A stretch of DNA of 22,009 nt. Source: Ginkgo biloba. Its lineage: Eukaryota > Plantae > Ginkgophyta. Positions 1 to 11,458 of this stretch are shown here, piece after piece (the stretch's first letter is position 1; the number at the start of each line of letters is the position of its first letter). Below the pieces are notes generated by a model that was not told the origin of the DNA, did no database searches, and was given only the letters and a program-made list of their open reading frames with translations. Made by a program: the position numbers and the translations under genes. The stretch lies in contig JANKJI020000001.1 in NCBI GenBank assembly GCA_024626585.2, forward strand, positions 3,608,321 to 3,630,329, given 5' to 3'.

Positions 1-50
1 TATATGAGAGGTAATAAAATAGAGATATCAATCTTCAGAGTTGAGCTTAG

Positions 51-716
51 GCTCTAATACCAAATGATGTACCTGCTTGGTAGGGGGATCAAAGAATGAC
101 CTTCAATTGCATAGCGAAAGAGATTTGGATTTAAACCAAGGGAGTACTCTTATGTTGTAAGTGTCTGAATTCTCTTATGTTCATGGAAATCTCACTCTGT
201 GTCCTTCTATATGGTCTATACGACTTATTGTCTATCGAATTTCTCCAATACTATGTATTTATGTGAATATTGGTATGATATCGTACTTTTGTGCGGATCC
301 ACGATACTGTGAAAATGTGATGCGCTATCACGATGTTGCTTGCAACTCACACAAACTCAATCACAGCCATATTTTCTATTTTTGGCACTATGTGCCTTCG
401 CATGAAGCCCGAGATATTCCTCTACATGTACTTGTTAAAGTTGCCAATACTTGCACAATCATCTAAAGGATCCTATATGCAATAATCTGATTGGTCTACA
501 AGATCAATGTACCCTCTTTCCACATTATGGACAAGATTCCAAGAAAAGATTGAAGCCTCAAGCCTCACAAAAAAATATTGGCCAATAAACAAATCTTCCC
601 TATTAATTCCACAACATCGTACGCACAACTTGGTAGCAAGAGAATAATTACATTTATCTTGACCAAAGATCAAAGATCAAAGGTGTAAGAGCATAAGGTA
701 AGAGGTTATTTTATAC
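51..716 (-). mobile_element. LTR retrotransposon 5' LTR fragment with tRNA-iMet primer-binding site; the internal region runs off the left window edge
   Basis: Minus strand reads ...ACATCA-tt-TGGTATTAGAGC. The LTR end CA is at 66-65 and the PBS at 62-51, one mismatch from the canonical TGGTATCAGAGC. The far LTR boundary was not identified, so 716 (start of an N-run) is only an upper bound. Confidence 0.5.
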
Positions 717-930
717 NNNNNNNNNNNNNNNNNNNNNNAATTAAAAAGATGCCATACAAACTTCTATTAATCTATGTTCACCTCACAAATAATAGATTAA
801 TGCAATAATAAGCTTGACTTAATTAGTAACATGCCCTTGCATATCTATTGTCCACAATTAGCCCTAAGTTAATAAAAGAAAGAGATGCTAGTAAAAGAAA
901 ACCCTAGAATGGTAAAAACTCTTTAATAAG

Positions 931-995
931 TTCCCCATGGTCATAGCCCCTTAATGAGCTTGACTCTATAAAACCATGGGCTAGCTCTCCAAGGT
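931..995. repeat. Dispersed ~65-bp repeat, copy A (copy B at 4490-4556)
   Basis: ccccatggtcatagccccttaatgagcttgactctataaaaccatgggctagctctcc aligns with cccctttggtcatagccccctcaatgagcttagcccatagaaccatgtactagacctctcc. Confidence 0.75.
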
Positions 996-1444
996 GCAAC
1001 ATTTCTTTATTACAATTATTAAGTTTGTATCATTTGCAAATTGATTATAAACAAATTATTTTTGTGAAATTAACATAGTAATACCTCTTTAGTTTGCATT
1101 TAGTTAAGTGTCCTCAATAAGATAATTGATGCATTGTTGGTATTTAAGGGCCAGTAATGGGAACCACTTTATAGCATGAAAGTATGTTTATGATTGCGAT
1201 GGCCACTGAAGGATCACTTTTAGAGGTTGTTTGATCTTCCAAAAAGTTGTCATAGACTAAATCAACTATAGTAACCTCTGATAAGTCTAAACTAGACTAT
1301 GATTTGCTAAGAAAATAACTATATAGTCTTAACTATTAGCATTGTGGGTTTATCTTACACATCATTCCTTTGTCCCTAAATTTGATAAGTTTTTCTTATG
1401 GTGCCACCATGCCTTTCTCCTACTCCATAGGTTTCCCCTGTGAT

Positions 1445-2200
1445 GTCATGAGTTTTTCCTTAAATATGAAAATATTTTGAGCTTTGATGTAGTCACTTTC
1501 TCAATTGCATACATGGCTTGATGTATGGTATTTTCAAGAAAATATATTATTAAAATAGATTTTATACATAATGGTAATTGATTTGTATTAATAAAATTCT
1601 CTCTCTCTGAATTTTGATACGAGGTCTTGTACATGTATGAATATAAAAGCATGTTTATGATCATGACCTAAGTTGTCTTAAATATATAAGATGAGGTTTA
1701 TAATAGCATGTCTATAAAACAAAATGCTCATGCATGCATCCATCTCAAGGACTTTGTTATCCATGTGAGGAGTCCTTTGAATGGTAAATGTGAGTATAGT
1801 TTAAATTTTTTTTTTAGTTACTAGAGGAATCAGTAAGCTAGTTGGCTTCGACATGAGAGTTACAGGCTTGAATTTGGCCTACCCCTATAATCACTAGTTG
1901 CGGGAAAGAACCCCCCCACTATTCGCATATGGTAAATCGAGGGAATGGAACCTCAGTTCGGTGGATATCAACCCAAATCCCCAGCTATTGCACCAAAACC
2001 TAAGGGGCATGAGTATAGTCTAATTTAAGAGAAAAACTATATTAATAAAAACTCTTAATCTAAGTAGTATATTTTAGAAAATATTATTCTCATAATTTAT
2101 CCTTTAGGTTATAGATCCTATTAATACATCAAGGCCATATGTTCACCTCTATAGTGTGATAAGCTCTTATTCTCCTACTCAATAATGTGTGCACACCTTA
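1445..2200. repeat. Degenerate direct repeat, copy 1 (copy 2 at ~2477-2981), interrupted by a SINE; possibly the 3' end of an RTE-like LINE on the minus strand
   Basis: Collinear shared blocks include atgagttttt..ctttgatg..ttgca(t/c)ac, tattaataa..tctctc, cttaaata(t/g)ataag..tagcatgtctat, and aaaaactcttaatctaag..tattttagaaa..tattattctcataatt. The RTE identity rests only on weak peptide resemblance (RRIRAYHTIEVNIW vs LRTSSH.L.IETGRW). Confidence 0.7.
1805..2009 (-). mobile_element. tRNA-derived SINE (~200 bp) with Pol III A/B boxes, poly(A) tail and 14-bp TSD
   Basis: On the minus strand, A box TGGTGCAATAG lies at 1995-1985 and B box GGTTCCATTCC at 1952-1942 (one mismatch to GGTTCGATTCC), 32 nt apart. 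The A10 tail is the T-run at 1806-1815. The TSD is TGAGTATAGTTTAA (1791-1804) / TGAGTATAGTCTAA (2010-2023). The element is absent from the paralogous repeat copy near 2800. Confidence 0.85.
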
Positions 2201-2476
2201 TGGTACATCATATTTTCATAGTTAGATACAAGTGGATACTTCATTGGCACCTGTTAGCTCCTCTTACCACTTGATTGAGAGAGAGTCATTGTTTATATAG
2301 AGGTAATGGGTCAAGTGAAAATTAGTATCCTTGATTTTGGATAATAATACCATGGATAACTTAATTTCTNNNNNNNNNNNNNNNNNNNNNNNNNNNNNNN
2401 NNNNNNNNNNNNNNNNNNNNNNNNNNNNNNNNNNNNNNNNNNNNNNNNNNNNNNNNNNNNNNNNNNNNNCTTTATG

Positions 2477-2981
2477 TTATGAGTTTTTTCTCGAAGCCAA
2501 GAAGATAAGTCTTTGATGCATTCACATGCTTGATTGCACACCTGGATCGATGATAAGTATCTACAAGTATAATGATATTCGAACAATGATTAGACAAAAT
2601 AAAATTATTTTTATATTAATAATATCTCTCTTCTAATTGGACAGTAAAGTAAAATTGATTATACTCATGGCCAAAACTTTCTTAAATAGATAAGCTAAGG
2701 TCTATATTAGCATGTCTATCCAAAAAGTAGAGTACATACTTCCATTGATGTAATTAGGAATTATTTCCATGCAAGGGATCATTTTGTGGTGCATGCAAGT
2801 TACATCTATTTTACGGGTAGATTTTTATGAGTAAAAACTCTTAATCTAAGCAAGGTATTTTAGAAATTATTATTCTCATAATTGATCATCTTGGTTATAA
2901 CTCTCATTCATTTATCAAGTCCATGTGTCCATATCTATATTGTTCTAAGTCTCAATTGTCCTACTTAGCATTGTGAACACT
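2477..2981. repeat. Degenerate direct repeat, copy 2 (no SINE insertion)
   Basis: Collinear similarity to 1445-2200, most obvious for 2833-2981 vs 2047-2198. Confidence 0.7.
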
Positions 2982-2984
2982 TGT

Positions 2985-4389
2985 GGCTCATCAATAACCC
3001 AAGGCATATGTTGGTAATCCATAAAGAAGATAAGCTAACAAACATTTTTATCTTATCAATCTCTACAAGGTAATTGGATCTAAAATCCCACCCTTAACTA
3101 TCACCTAACCTAATGCGTTGGAAAAAATAGAATTTACCATCCTATAGAAGGGAACTCAAAAGCCTAACTCATCTAGCATAGAAAGTATGAAGTCCCACTC
3201 GATCTTGTCATATGTTTTTTTTAAATCAATTTTTAGAAATAGAGTGGGTCGCTTAGATTCCCTATCCCACTCCCTACCTTTACTTATTGCCAAGATTTTA
3301 TTCAAAATAAAATGTTCATTGATGAAACCCTTTTATTTTACCCTAATATTTTTCTACGAGGATTATCGATTCTTACTACTAGTGATTTAAAAAACACTTT
3401 ATATCATCTTTTAAGAGTAATTGGCCTTCAACCCTCAACTGAATCTATATTACTTTCCTCCTTTGGAATGATCTTGGTGATTCCTATATTGACAATATTA
3501 CCTAATGTGATCTTTGAAATGGCCTCTCTACATATCATCAATAGGTCTTAACCCACAGTCCCTACATACCTTATAAAATTCAACTAGAATACCATCACTT
3601 ACTGGGGATTTATCTTCTACCTTGGACCATAGTGTCCCCTTAAGTTCTAGCCGTGAGATATACATATCAAAGAGTTTGGATTGTGAATATGAAATCCTTT
3701 AGGTATTACACTCATACTATTTCATTATTTCCTCCTTGTAATGGATGGTCAAGCCCATGCTAAAAATGGAATCAAAATATGTTTAACTATTGATTTGATG
3801 TCTTTTAGGTTTATTTTCTTAGCTCCTTACAAGTTCTTTAGCATCTGGATTGTACCTACATTTCACTTCTTTTTAAGGGATACAAAAACTAACTTAGGAG
3901 TATCCCCCTCCTTTATCCACTCTAGATATGCCCTTACTTGGACTCGTCTAACTGTAATGTTTTCTAATTTCCTTGGCTCTTGAACTAATTTACTTTCCAA
4001 TTCTGGTAAGAAAGGATCAAAGGGGTTAAATTTGAAATTTTATTCTACAAGCTCAATTACTCTAGTCAAAGTCTAATTTTGATCTCTTCTTAGGTTTGAT
4101 TTCATCTTCCCAAAGCCTCTAACTCAATGAACTATTCAATAAATGAATGCCTTGCACCAAAATCTAGAACTTGTCATCTTGAACTAGGTTCCACACTCTT
4201 TGAATTCCTAAAGTGAATTTCAAGAGGAAAATGTTAACTTTGAATAGGTAGTTCTTAACAAGATAAGAATTTGAACCCCAAAAATAATTCTTGAAATGGG
4301 GTAGTGGTATAAGAGTGTGACTATTGAGTGAACCTTCAATAACTCACATTCATGATCTAGCTCACCATCACTTATGACGTAGAATATGT
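2985..4389 (-). mobile_element. Decayed L1-type LINE ORF2 fragment (endonuclease end, linker, N-terminal part of reverse transcriptase)
   Basis: Minus-strand translation, across stops and frameshifts, gives in order: LYHYPI (~SDHxPI), RAYLEWIKEGDTPK (~RxRxxWxKEGD), KSPVSDGILVEFYK (~KSPGPDG), KIIPKE..*RPITL, GFINEHFILNKIL, FLKIDLKKTYDKIEWDFILSMLDELGF and IR*KCLLAYLLY (~IRQGCPLSPLLF). It is truncated before the YADD motif. Confidence 0.85.
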
Positions 4390-4489
4390 NNNNNNNNNNN
4401 NNNNNNNNNNNNNNNNNNNNNNNNNNNNNNNNNNNNNNNNNNNNNNNNNNNNNNNNNNNNNNNNNNNNNNNNNNNNNNNNNNNNNNNNN

Positions 4490-4556
4490 ATCCCCTTTGG
4501 TCATAGCCCCCTCAATGAGCTTAGCCCATAGAACCATGTACTAGACCTCTCCTGGT
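4490..4556. repeat. Dispersed ~65-bp repeat, copy B
   Basis: Aligns with 931-995. The left edge abuts a 100-N gap. Confidence 0.75.
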
Positions 4557-4959
4557 AAGATGGCACATCATTTTATACCCCTAATTAATTTCTTAATATC
4601 ATTTCATATAATGTACAATTATACACAAAAATAAAATCCAACAATGATTTATACCCCTTTTGTATTTTATATTCAACATACAATGTAATGAAAGGAGGGT
4701 AATTATATCCACATTATAACACATAAATGAATTTACTCACCATGACTAAAATAAATATATATATGGATGTTTGAAAAAATATAATAAATCATATACTAAC
4801 ATAAATCCATATACACTAATTTACTTATAAATAAATATACTAAGGTTATTCATATTTTGTTTGATTCAAAAATAATATAAGTATTACTCTATAAGAAGGA
4901 AATAAGAGGTCATTATTTTAATATACATAGATATTAAATATTGAGATAAATAATGATTT

Positions 4960-6395
4960 TTAATATTGTAGGTATATTGATCATGGTGTACTTTCTATGA
5001 GTTTTAAATATATAATTCCTATTAGATAAAAAAAATATTAGAGTTTATTGTAAACCTTGTTGAGAAATAGAAAACAAGACTCCTATTATTTCCACATGTG
5101 ATAATAAGCTTAGTATTCAATTTAAGGATAATATTTACATTAATAACATTGACCCTAATAATTGGATATAATTAAAGTGGTGATAAGAACTCCAAAAATA
5201 CTTTTAATAGTGGAAAACATTAATTTATAAGAAAAATTAACACTATTACCTAATNNNNNNNNNNNNNNNNNNNNNNNNNNNNNNNNNNNNNNNNNNNNNN
5301 NNNNNNNNNNNNNNNNNNNNNNNNNNNNNNNNNNNNNNNNNNNNNNNATGGAGTTCTAGGTTTTGGGATACTACTACTTGAAATTTATCCTAATAGAGGG
5401 TCTTAATAATATAAATTCATGTAAATCAATCCCCTTCAACCAAACTTTTCTCTTTGTAAATTAATTCCCAAGAAAATAATGTTCATCACATATTCTCTTT
5501 ATATTATTTCCATACTTTAATAAAAGGATAAAACTCTAATTTCTTAAAACCTCAAAGTAAACAAAATAACCAAGTGTAACAAAGACAATAGTAAGGACAA
5601 TAAGGAAGGAGATACTCCTCAGGAGTCTACCCCTCATCCACATTCCTCTTAAAGAAAATAACTTATAAGATTGGATAGAGTCAAATTTTCTTAAGACCCT
5701 ACTATGACTTCCTTAAATAAACATAAAAAATCTAATGCTAACCTAGTTGACAAGGATTTAGATCTTGTTAAACCTATAGTGGATAAAAAAGTCAATGTTA
5801 ATAATAGAAAATCTAACTCAGTTAGTAGTATGTCCCCAAATTAAAACATATGAATATAGTTGATTTTGTTAATTATATAATATATAAGTGGTAGGCCCAT
5901 ATTTACAAATAGAAACCACAAACTAAGTGCAAACTAGTATGTAGGCTAGGTTTAAGGCTAAGGAAGCCTATTTTGAGTATATAAGGATAACCAAGCCTCA
6001 TTTGTATCATATAATTTGAATTCATTCTTAATCTCTTTTAGAGTTTTTTCTCATTTTTTCCTTCTTGGACTCAAGTGGGTCCATTCGTGATTTCTTAGGA
6101 TTAAGTGGGCCTCGTTATGATTAGTATGTTCTATATTATAATCTATTTAGAATTATGGACTATGCATGAATATCTTGTGTTCTATTATTTTATCTATGTT
6201 TCATATCATTCTAAGTGAATATTTAGTAATGGAACCCAAGTCTAACCTAAAAGGAAAATATATTATAGCCCTCAAAGTGGAGCTCCCTCTAGCTAACAAA
6301 TTTAGTGTGTTGATCATGGGAAAAAATAATTGAGTTAACTATTCTAAATCTTTAATTGATGATAAGGAAGAGGATACAACGCCCCCTCAAGACTT
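4960..6395 (+). mobile_element. Possible highly decayed ORF1 region of the plus-strand LINE
   Basis: It lies directly upstream of the ORF2 start and has an NKFSVL-like motif near 6295. No clear domain could be recovered and the boundaries are guessed. Confidence 0.3.
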
Positions 6396-9053
6396 ATGTC
6401 TTTGTCAATACTTTCTTGGAATATTAGAGGGCTCTCAATGCCCTTAAGAAATGGGAGAGTTAATTACTATCNNNNNNNNNNNNNNNNNNNNNNNNNNNNN
6501 NNNNNNNNNNNNNNNNNNNNNNNNNNNNNNNNNNNNNNNNNNNNNNNNNNNNNNNNNNNNNNNNNNNNNNNNNNNNNNNNNNNNNNNNNNNNNNNNNNNN
6601 NNNNNNNNNNNNNNNNNNNNNNNNNNNNNNNNNNNNNNNNNNNNNNNNNNNNNNNNNNNNNNNNNNNNNNNNNNNNNNNNNNNNNNNNNNNNNNNNNNNN
6701 NNNNNNNNNNNNNNNNNNNNNNNNNNNNNNNNNNNNNNNNNNNNNNNNNNNNACCTTAGATTCATCATTGATGAGTATGGTTTTCATGTATATCACACCA
6801 AGATTCATGTCTTAAGGGGTTAGGGGTGATTGATCAACAATTATGACTTTCATAGCTTTTTGGACTTAATAAAACTCTATAGGAAGTTTATTCTAGTTTT
6901 TTAGGAGATAACCTCTCCTATAAATTAAATCTTAAAGGCTAAGAGGGACTTCACTTGGTCTAATCTTAGAGTAGGTATAAAGAGAGTTTATGCTAGATTG
7001 TACAAATGCTACTCCTTAGTAGATAGTGGCATTTATTGTGATGGTACCAAGATCTAGAGATTTTCCATGTTATCTAACCATATTTCCATATCAATTAATC
7101 TTATATTCTCTGTAGAGTAGTCACCACCCACTATTAAATCTTCATTCAAGTTAAATGTATCTCTATTGAGCCATCCATAAGTGATAACTAAATCTTTTTT
7201 CAAGATAAATATATCTCTATTAAGCCATTAATAAGTGATAGAGGGTATTAGGAAAGTATGGACTTTTGTTCCAAGGCCTTAAGGAGAGATAGGTTGGATC
7301 CTTTAGTGGGATAATGCTATTAAAAGAATAACATATTAGACTAGGGGGTTTAGTAAACAATTTTCTCTAGTTAGAAGAGTTATTATGAAGAGTTTAATAG
7401 AGTCTCTTGATAAGTGAAATGAGTCCCTCAACTATTATCCATATAATAGTAACCTTCAAATAGAAATGTGTAGAATTTAATATGAAATCAATGTGTTTGA
7501 AATCCAAAAATCTAAGGGTACACAAATTAGAGATAAAATTCATNNNNNNNNNNGATAAAAGAAGTTGATGCTCTTACCAATTTTTTTTTTAATTACTTGA
7601 AAGTTAAACAAAAGAAGACTAAAACTAAAGGCATTAGATTATCTAGTGATTGAATATCTTCCAATCTTGAGGACATTAACAAATCTCTAAATTAATTTAA
7701 TAATATATTCTAGTATAAAAAAGGGAGTTGCAAGAGACCATAGATGATTATTGACTGTCTATGTACTATCCCTAAGAAATTGAAGAAGGAAGTGGCGAAT
7801 CTATTAGATTTACNNNNNNNNNNNNNNNNNNNNNNNNNNNNNNNNNGGTGCATGAAAGCCAATAAATTCCTCAGTGAAGATGTATTACCAATAGAATTAT
7901 TCAATATTTATTGGGATATAATTAGGGATGATCTATAGAATATGTATAAGGAAGATTTGGAGTGAGGTGAATTAAGAGAAAGTGTTAATACCAAGATTAC
8001 TGAACTTATTCCTAAGCAAGGAGCATATTTGCATTTAGTAGGAAGTTAGCACCTTATCACTCTTTTGAATGTCTCCTATAAAGTCTTAGCTAAAGTACTT
8101 GGTAGAATAATAGATAAGTTATTGGAAGACATTACTAGATAAGAATAAATAGGCTTCATTAAAGGAAGGTTTATTCTTGACACATTCCTGGCTACTTGGG
8201 AAGGGATGGATTTTGAAAGAGATTGAGGCCAACCCACCTTATTTGTTAAAATTGACTTTGATAAATCCTACAAGGGTTAATGCTATAAGCTTTGGCACAA
8301 AGTTTGTAGATTCTATTACAACTTTCCTTGCTAAGGACTTAGTGAAAGTATGCATCAATGGGATCACTTCAAAAATAATTNNNNNNNNNNNNNNNNNNNN
8401 NGCCCATTACCAACCTTACTCTTTGCAATAGTTTTTGATGCACTAAGGTATATGCTCAAAGTTGAAACCACACAAGACATTCCTCTATCCTTATCTACAA
8501 AATAATTAGCATATGGTCAATTTGCTGATGACACCAATCTAAATATAAGCAAAGTGATAGAATGTTGAGAAAGTTATCTCTAGTTTAAAAAAAAAATGTA
8601 TTTCTTCAAGCTTAATGATCTTGTCTAAGAAAACTTCATGTTACTATTAAGGCATGAGGAGATTCTAAGCTAGGTTTCCTCCATAGGCTAGATTTTAATT
8701 AAAGAAGGGCATGTCTTCAAATTCTTAGTTATTCCTTTTTCCTTTTAGATCACCAACATAATGATGTGGGATTGGGTCATGGATAAATTTAACCACAAAC
8801 TTGTTACTTGAAGCTATAAGGAACTTCTTTTGGGAGGGAGAGTAATTATTATGGCTAGGATTTTATCCCCTTATCATAATTATTTCTCTTCCTTCTAAAT
8901 TCCTCTAGATTCAACACATAGCCACTTTATGAGATTGATTAGGAACTTCCTCCAAGTAGGCTTTATTGCTTGCAAATAGATGCCAAAAGTAAAATGGGAT
9001 ATTTTTTGCCTCCTCATTAATGAAGGAAGATTGAATTAACTAATAGTAAAACT
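6396..9053 (+). mobile_element. Decayed L1-type LINE ORF2 (APE endonuclease + reverse transcriptase), with many stops and frameshifts
   Basis: Motifs in order: MSLSILSWNIRGL (endonuclease N-terminal SWNVRGL), LSNHISI (~SDH), ELIPKQG..LITLLNVSYKVLAKVL, GFIKGRFILD, KIDFDKSY, QFADDT at 8518-8535 (RT catalytic motif), LGGRVII and VKWDIFCLLINEGRL (~VxWxxxCxPKxEGGLG). Confidence 0.92.
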
Positions 9054-9288
9054 TGATGTAGGAGCATCATCACGTTTTGAAAATCTAGTAGTTTTGATTA
9101 AATCGGTTGTATTAACCAAGGAGCGAACAAGCTAAGAGTGTATCAACCTAAAGGGAAATCCAAAATGCAGGCAGTCCAGGTGGTGGTTGGTAGAAATGAA
9201 GACAATAGTTGGGGCAACACCTACTACCATACTCTTCACTTACAAATGGAGAGTAGAAAAAGAGAGTGTTGAGTGTAGGAGGGGCATA
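9054..9288. mobile_element. Probable LTR-like insertion interrupting the LINE; mostly hidden by an 806-N run
   Basis: LINE homology stops and the sequence switches to TGATGTAGG..., the same TGATGTA terminus as the LTR at position 65. LINE homology resumes after the N-run. Confidence 0.35.
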
Positions 9289-10249
9289 NNNNNNNNNNNN
9301 NNNNNNNNNNNNNNNNNNNNNNNNNNNNNNNNNNNNNNNNNNNNNNNNNNNNNNNNNNNNNNNNNNNNNNNNNNNNNNNNNNNNNNNNNNNNNNNNNNNN
9401 NNNNNNNNNNNNNNNNNNNNNNNNNNNNNNNNNNNNNNNNNNNNNNNNNNNNNNNNNNNNNNNNNNNNNNNNNNNNNNNNNNNNNNNNNNNNNNNNNNNN
9501 NNNNNNNNNNNNNNNNNNNNNNNNNNNNNNNNNNNNNNNNNNNNNNNNNNNNNNNNNNNNNNNNNNNNNNNNNNNNNNNNNNNNNNNNNNNNNNNNNNNN
9601 NNNNNNNNNNNNNNNNNNNNNNNNNNNNNNNNNNNNNNNNNNNNNNNNNNNNNNNNNNNNNNNNNNNNNNNNNNNNNNNNNNNNNNNNNNNNNNNNNNNN
9701 NNNNNNNNNNNNNNNNNNNNNNNNNNNNNNNNNNNNNNNNNNNNNNNNNNNNNNNNNNNNNNNNNNNNNNNNNNNNNNNNNNNNNNNNNNNNNNNNNNNN
9801 NNNNNNNNNNNNNNNNNNNNNNNNNNNNNNNNNNNNNNNNNNNNNNNNNNNNNNNNNNNNNNNNNNNNNNNNNNNNNNNNNNNNNNNNNNNNNNNNNNNN
9901 NNNNNNNNNNNNNNNNNNNNNNNNNNNNNNNNNNNNNNNNNNNNNNNNNNNNNNNNNNNNNNNNNNNNNNNNNNNNNNNNNNNNNNNNNNNNNNNNNNNN
10001 NNNNNNNNNNNNNNNNNNNNNNNNNNNNNNNNNNNNNNNNNNNNNNNNNNNNNNNNNNNNNNNNNNNNNNNNNNNNNNNNNNNNNNNNNNNNNNGCATAG
10101 TCCATAGACTAAATTTTTAATTTATTGAATGTATAAATGTTAATCCTTATGCCATGGAATAGAAAAATGTATTTTATAATAATAGTTGTTGTCCCTCTTG
10201 ATATCACCAAAAAGCTTAGGATCAAGGGGAGTGATAAGTGGTGGTCGGA

Positions 10250-10600
10250 CTAAAGGCGGCCCCTAGATACTCATTTCTTATACTTTTTAGTCAAAAAAGC
10301 TCATAATTTGCTTCTAGATAAAGCCAACCTTCAAGACAAATTGAATAAAGCCTAATTATCAAATGATCCTAAAATTGCATGGATGAAAAAACTTAGTCTT
10401 TTATGTGGGCATTAAGGTTAACAAAAGCATTAAGGCCTTTATGTGGACTCTTACTTACAAGCGACTCCATGTGAAAACCATATTGGAATTCAACAATGAT
10501 GTCGGTTGTGTTTTGTATGCTTCCTTTTTTATTTTCCATGCTGCTTTTAATTGAATACTTTAAGGAACTTGATAAGATGTAGACTAATCTAGCTTGCAAA
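10250..10600 (+). mobile_element. 3' continuation of the plus-strand LINE ORF2 (zf-RVT-like C-terminal region)
   Basis: FLVKKAHNLL..AWMKKLSLLCG..KSIKAFMWTLTYKRLHVK..GCVLY resembles the plant L1 pattern YSVKSAY..W..K.K.F.W.L...RLP..C..C. Confidence 0.65.
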
Positions 10601-10834
10601 GTCTTTATTTATTCCATTTATATCAAGATGCTAAGACGTATTATTATTTAATTTGGACTAGAGTTAATTTATATTATTTACAACGATCAACGAGAAGACA
10701 CGAAATGACCATAAGCTTACGACCATATCAATTGAAATGAACAAAGAAATTCAATTTTCAAGAATTAATTTATAAAACTAAAAATTACTCAAAAGGAAAA
10801 GGCGAGCGGAATAGAATACAATGACGATGCATAC

Positions 10835-11184
10835 CAAAAAGAGAGCATAATACCTTAAAAACAAGGACTTGTTTCCCGAAACGTTTCTAAGAGCGAAAGC
10901 CGCGCGCCTACTCGCGCGTGTCAAAGACAGCCTTGCCAAACACGTAGCGGTCATCTTCGAACTCGTCCCCAACCATAACAGGGGACGGAAATGCGAGAGT
11001 AGCCACGCGCGAATACGGAGAGACTGGAGTTGCAGTCGGAGTTGATGACGTGCCGTTGATTCTCCGACTGAGCCGCTCCTTCCGTACGCTTAAGCCCTCT
11101 TTCTGGCGCCCGGGATGAGCCGGCGATGGGGAATATCCCATCTCTGCATCGTTCTCCCCTAATCCTACCAGTTGCTCCGCCGCC
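10835..11184 (-). pseudogene. APC8: APC8/CDC23 exon 2, carrying a frameshift and premature stop at ~10910
   Basis: The acceptor is tttattattttgaag|G (AG at 11186-11185). The exon translates (W)AAEQLVGL..STPTATPVS..EDDRYVFGKAVFDTRE, then hits TAG (10910-10908). The shifted frame continues RRAAFALRNVSGNKSLFLRYYALFL|gtatgc. This matches plant APC8 WAGEQLVG..YLLAKSYFDCREYRRA..LR..KKSLFLRYYALYL. The exon is 350 bp, versus 352 bp needed to keep frame with the conserved Tyr. Confidence 0.9.
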
Positions 11185-11458
11185 CTTCAAAATAATAAAT
11201 TCAACTCATTTTTAACACCGGAAATATTTGAAAAAAATCAGAGACATTTATTTGGTATTAAACATGTGCTCAATCCGTGGTCGTTAAATTTTTTATTTAT
11301 TAATATAATTTAACACAGAAAAATCATTGAAATTGCAGACATTGCAATTCAGTTCACGATGATCAAGTTTTATTGTGTCTTTCGACTTTACTATGCAAAA
11401 TGGCGAAACATGCAGATACGGGGATTGAATTCATTGTTAATAATATTCGATTTATTAC

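Noticed and set aside
161-673. ORFs 161-466 (+) and 473-673 (-)
   Set aside because: They have no recognisable motifs and lie within the putative LTR.
4490-4562. Minus-strand ATCTTACCAGGAGAGGTC resembling the U1 snRNA 5' end
   Set aside because: The 70K-binding loop, the ATTGCAC loop and the Sm site are absent, and copy A does not share the 5' similarity.
9148-10120. ORFs of ~290-316 aa in several frames, and similar ORFs over other N-runs
   Set aside because: They are read-throughs of N-runs (poly-X) and give no coding evidence.
10778-11190. Overlapping ORFs 10778-10972, 10908-11141 and 10951-11190 as separate small genes
   Set aside because: Two are the halves of frameshifted APC8 exon 2. 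The third is an off-frame ORF in GC-rich sequence.
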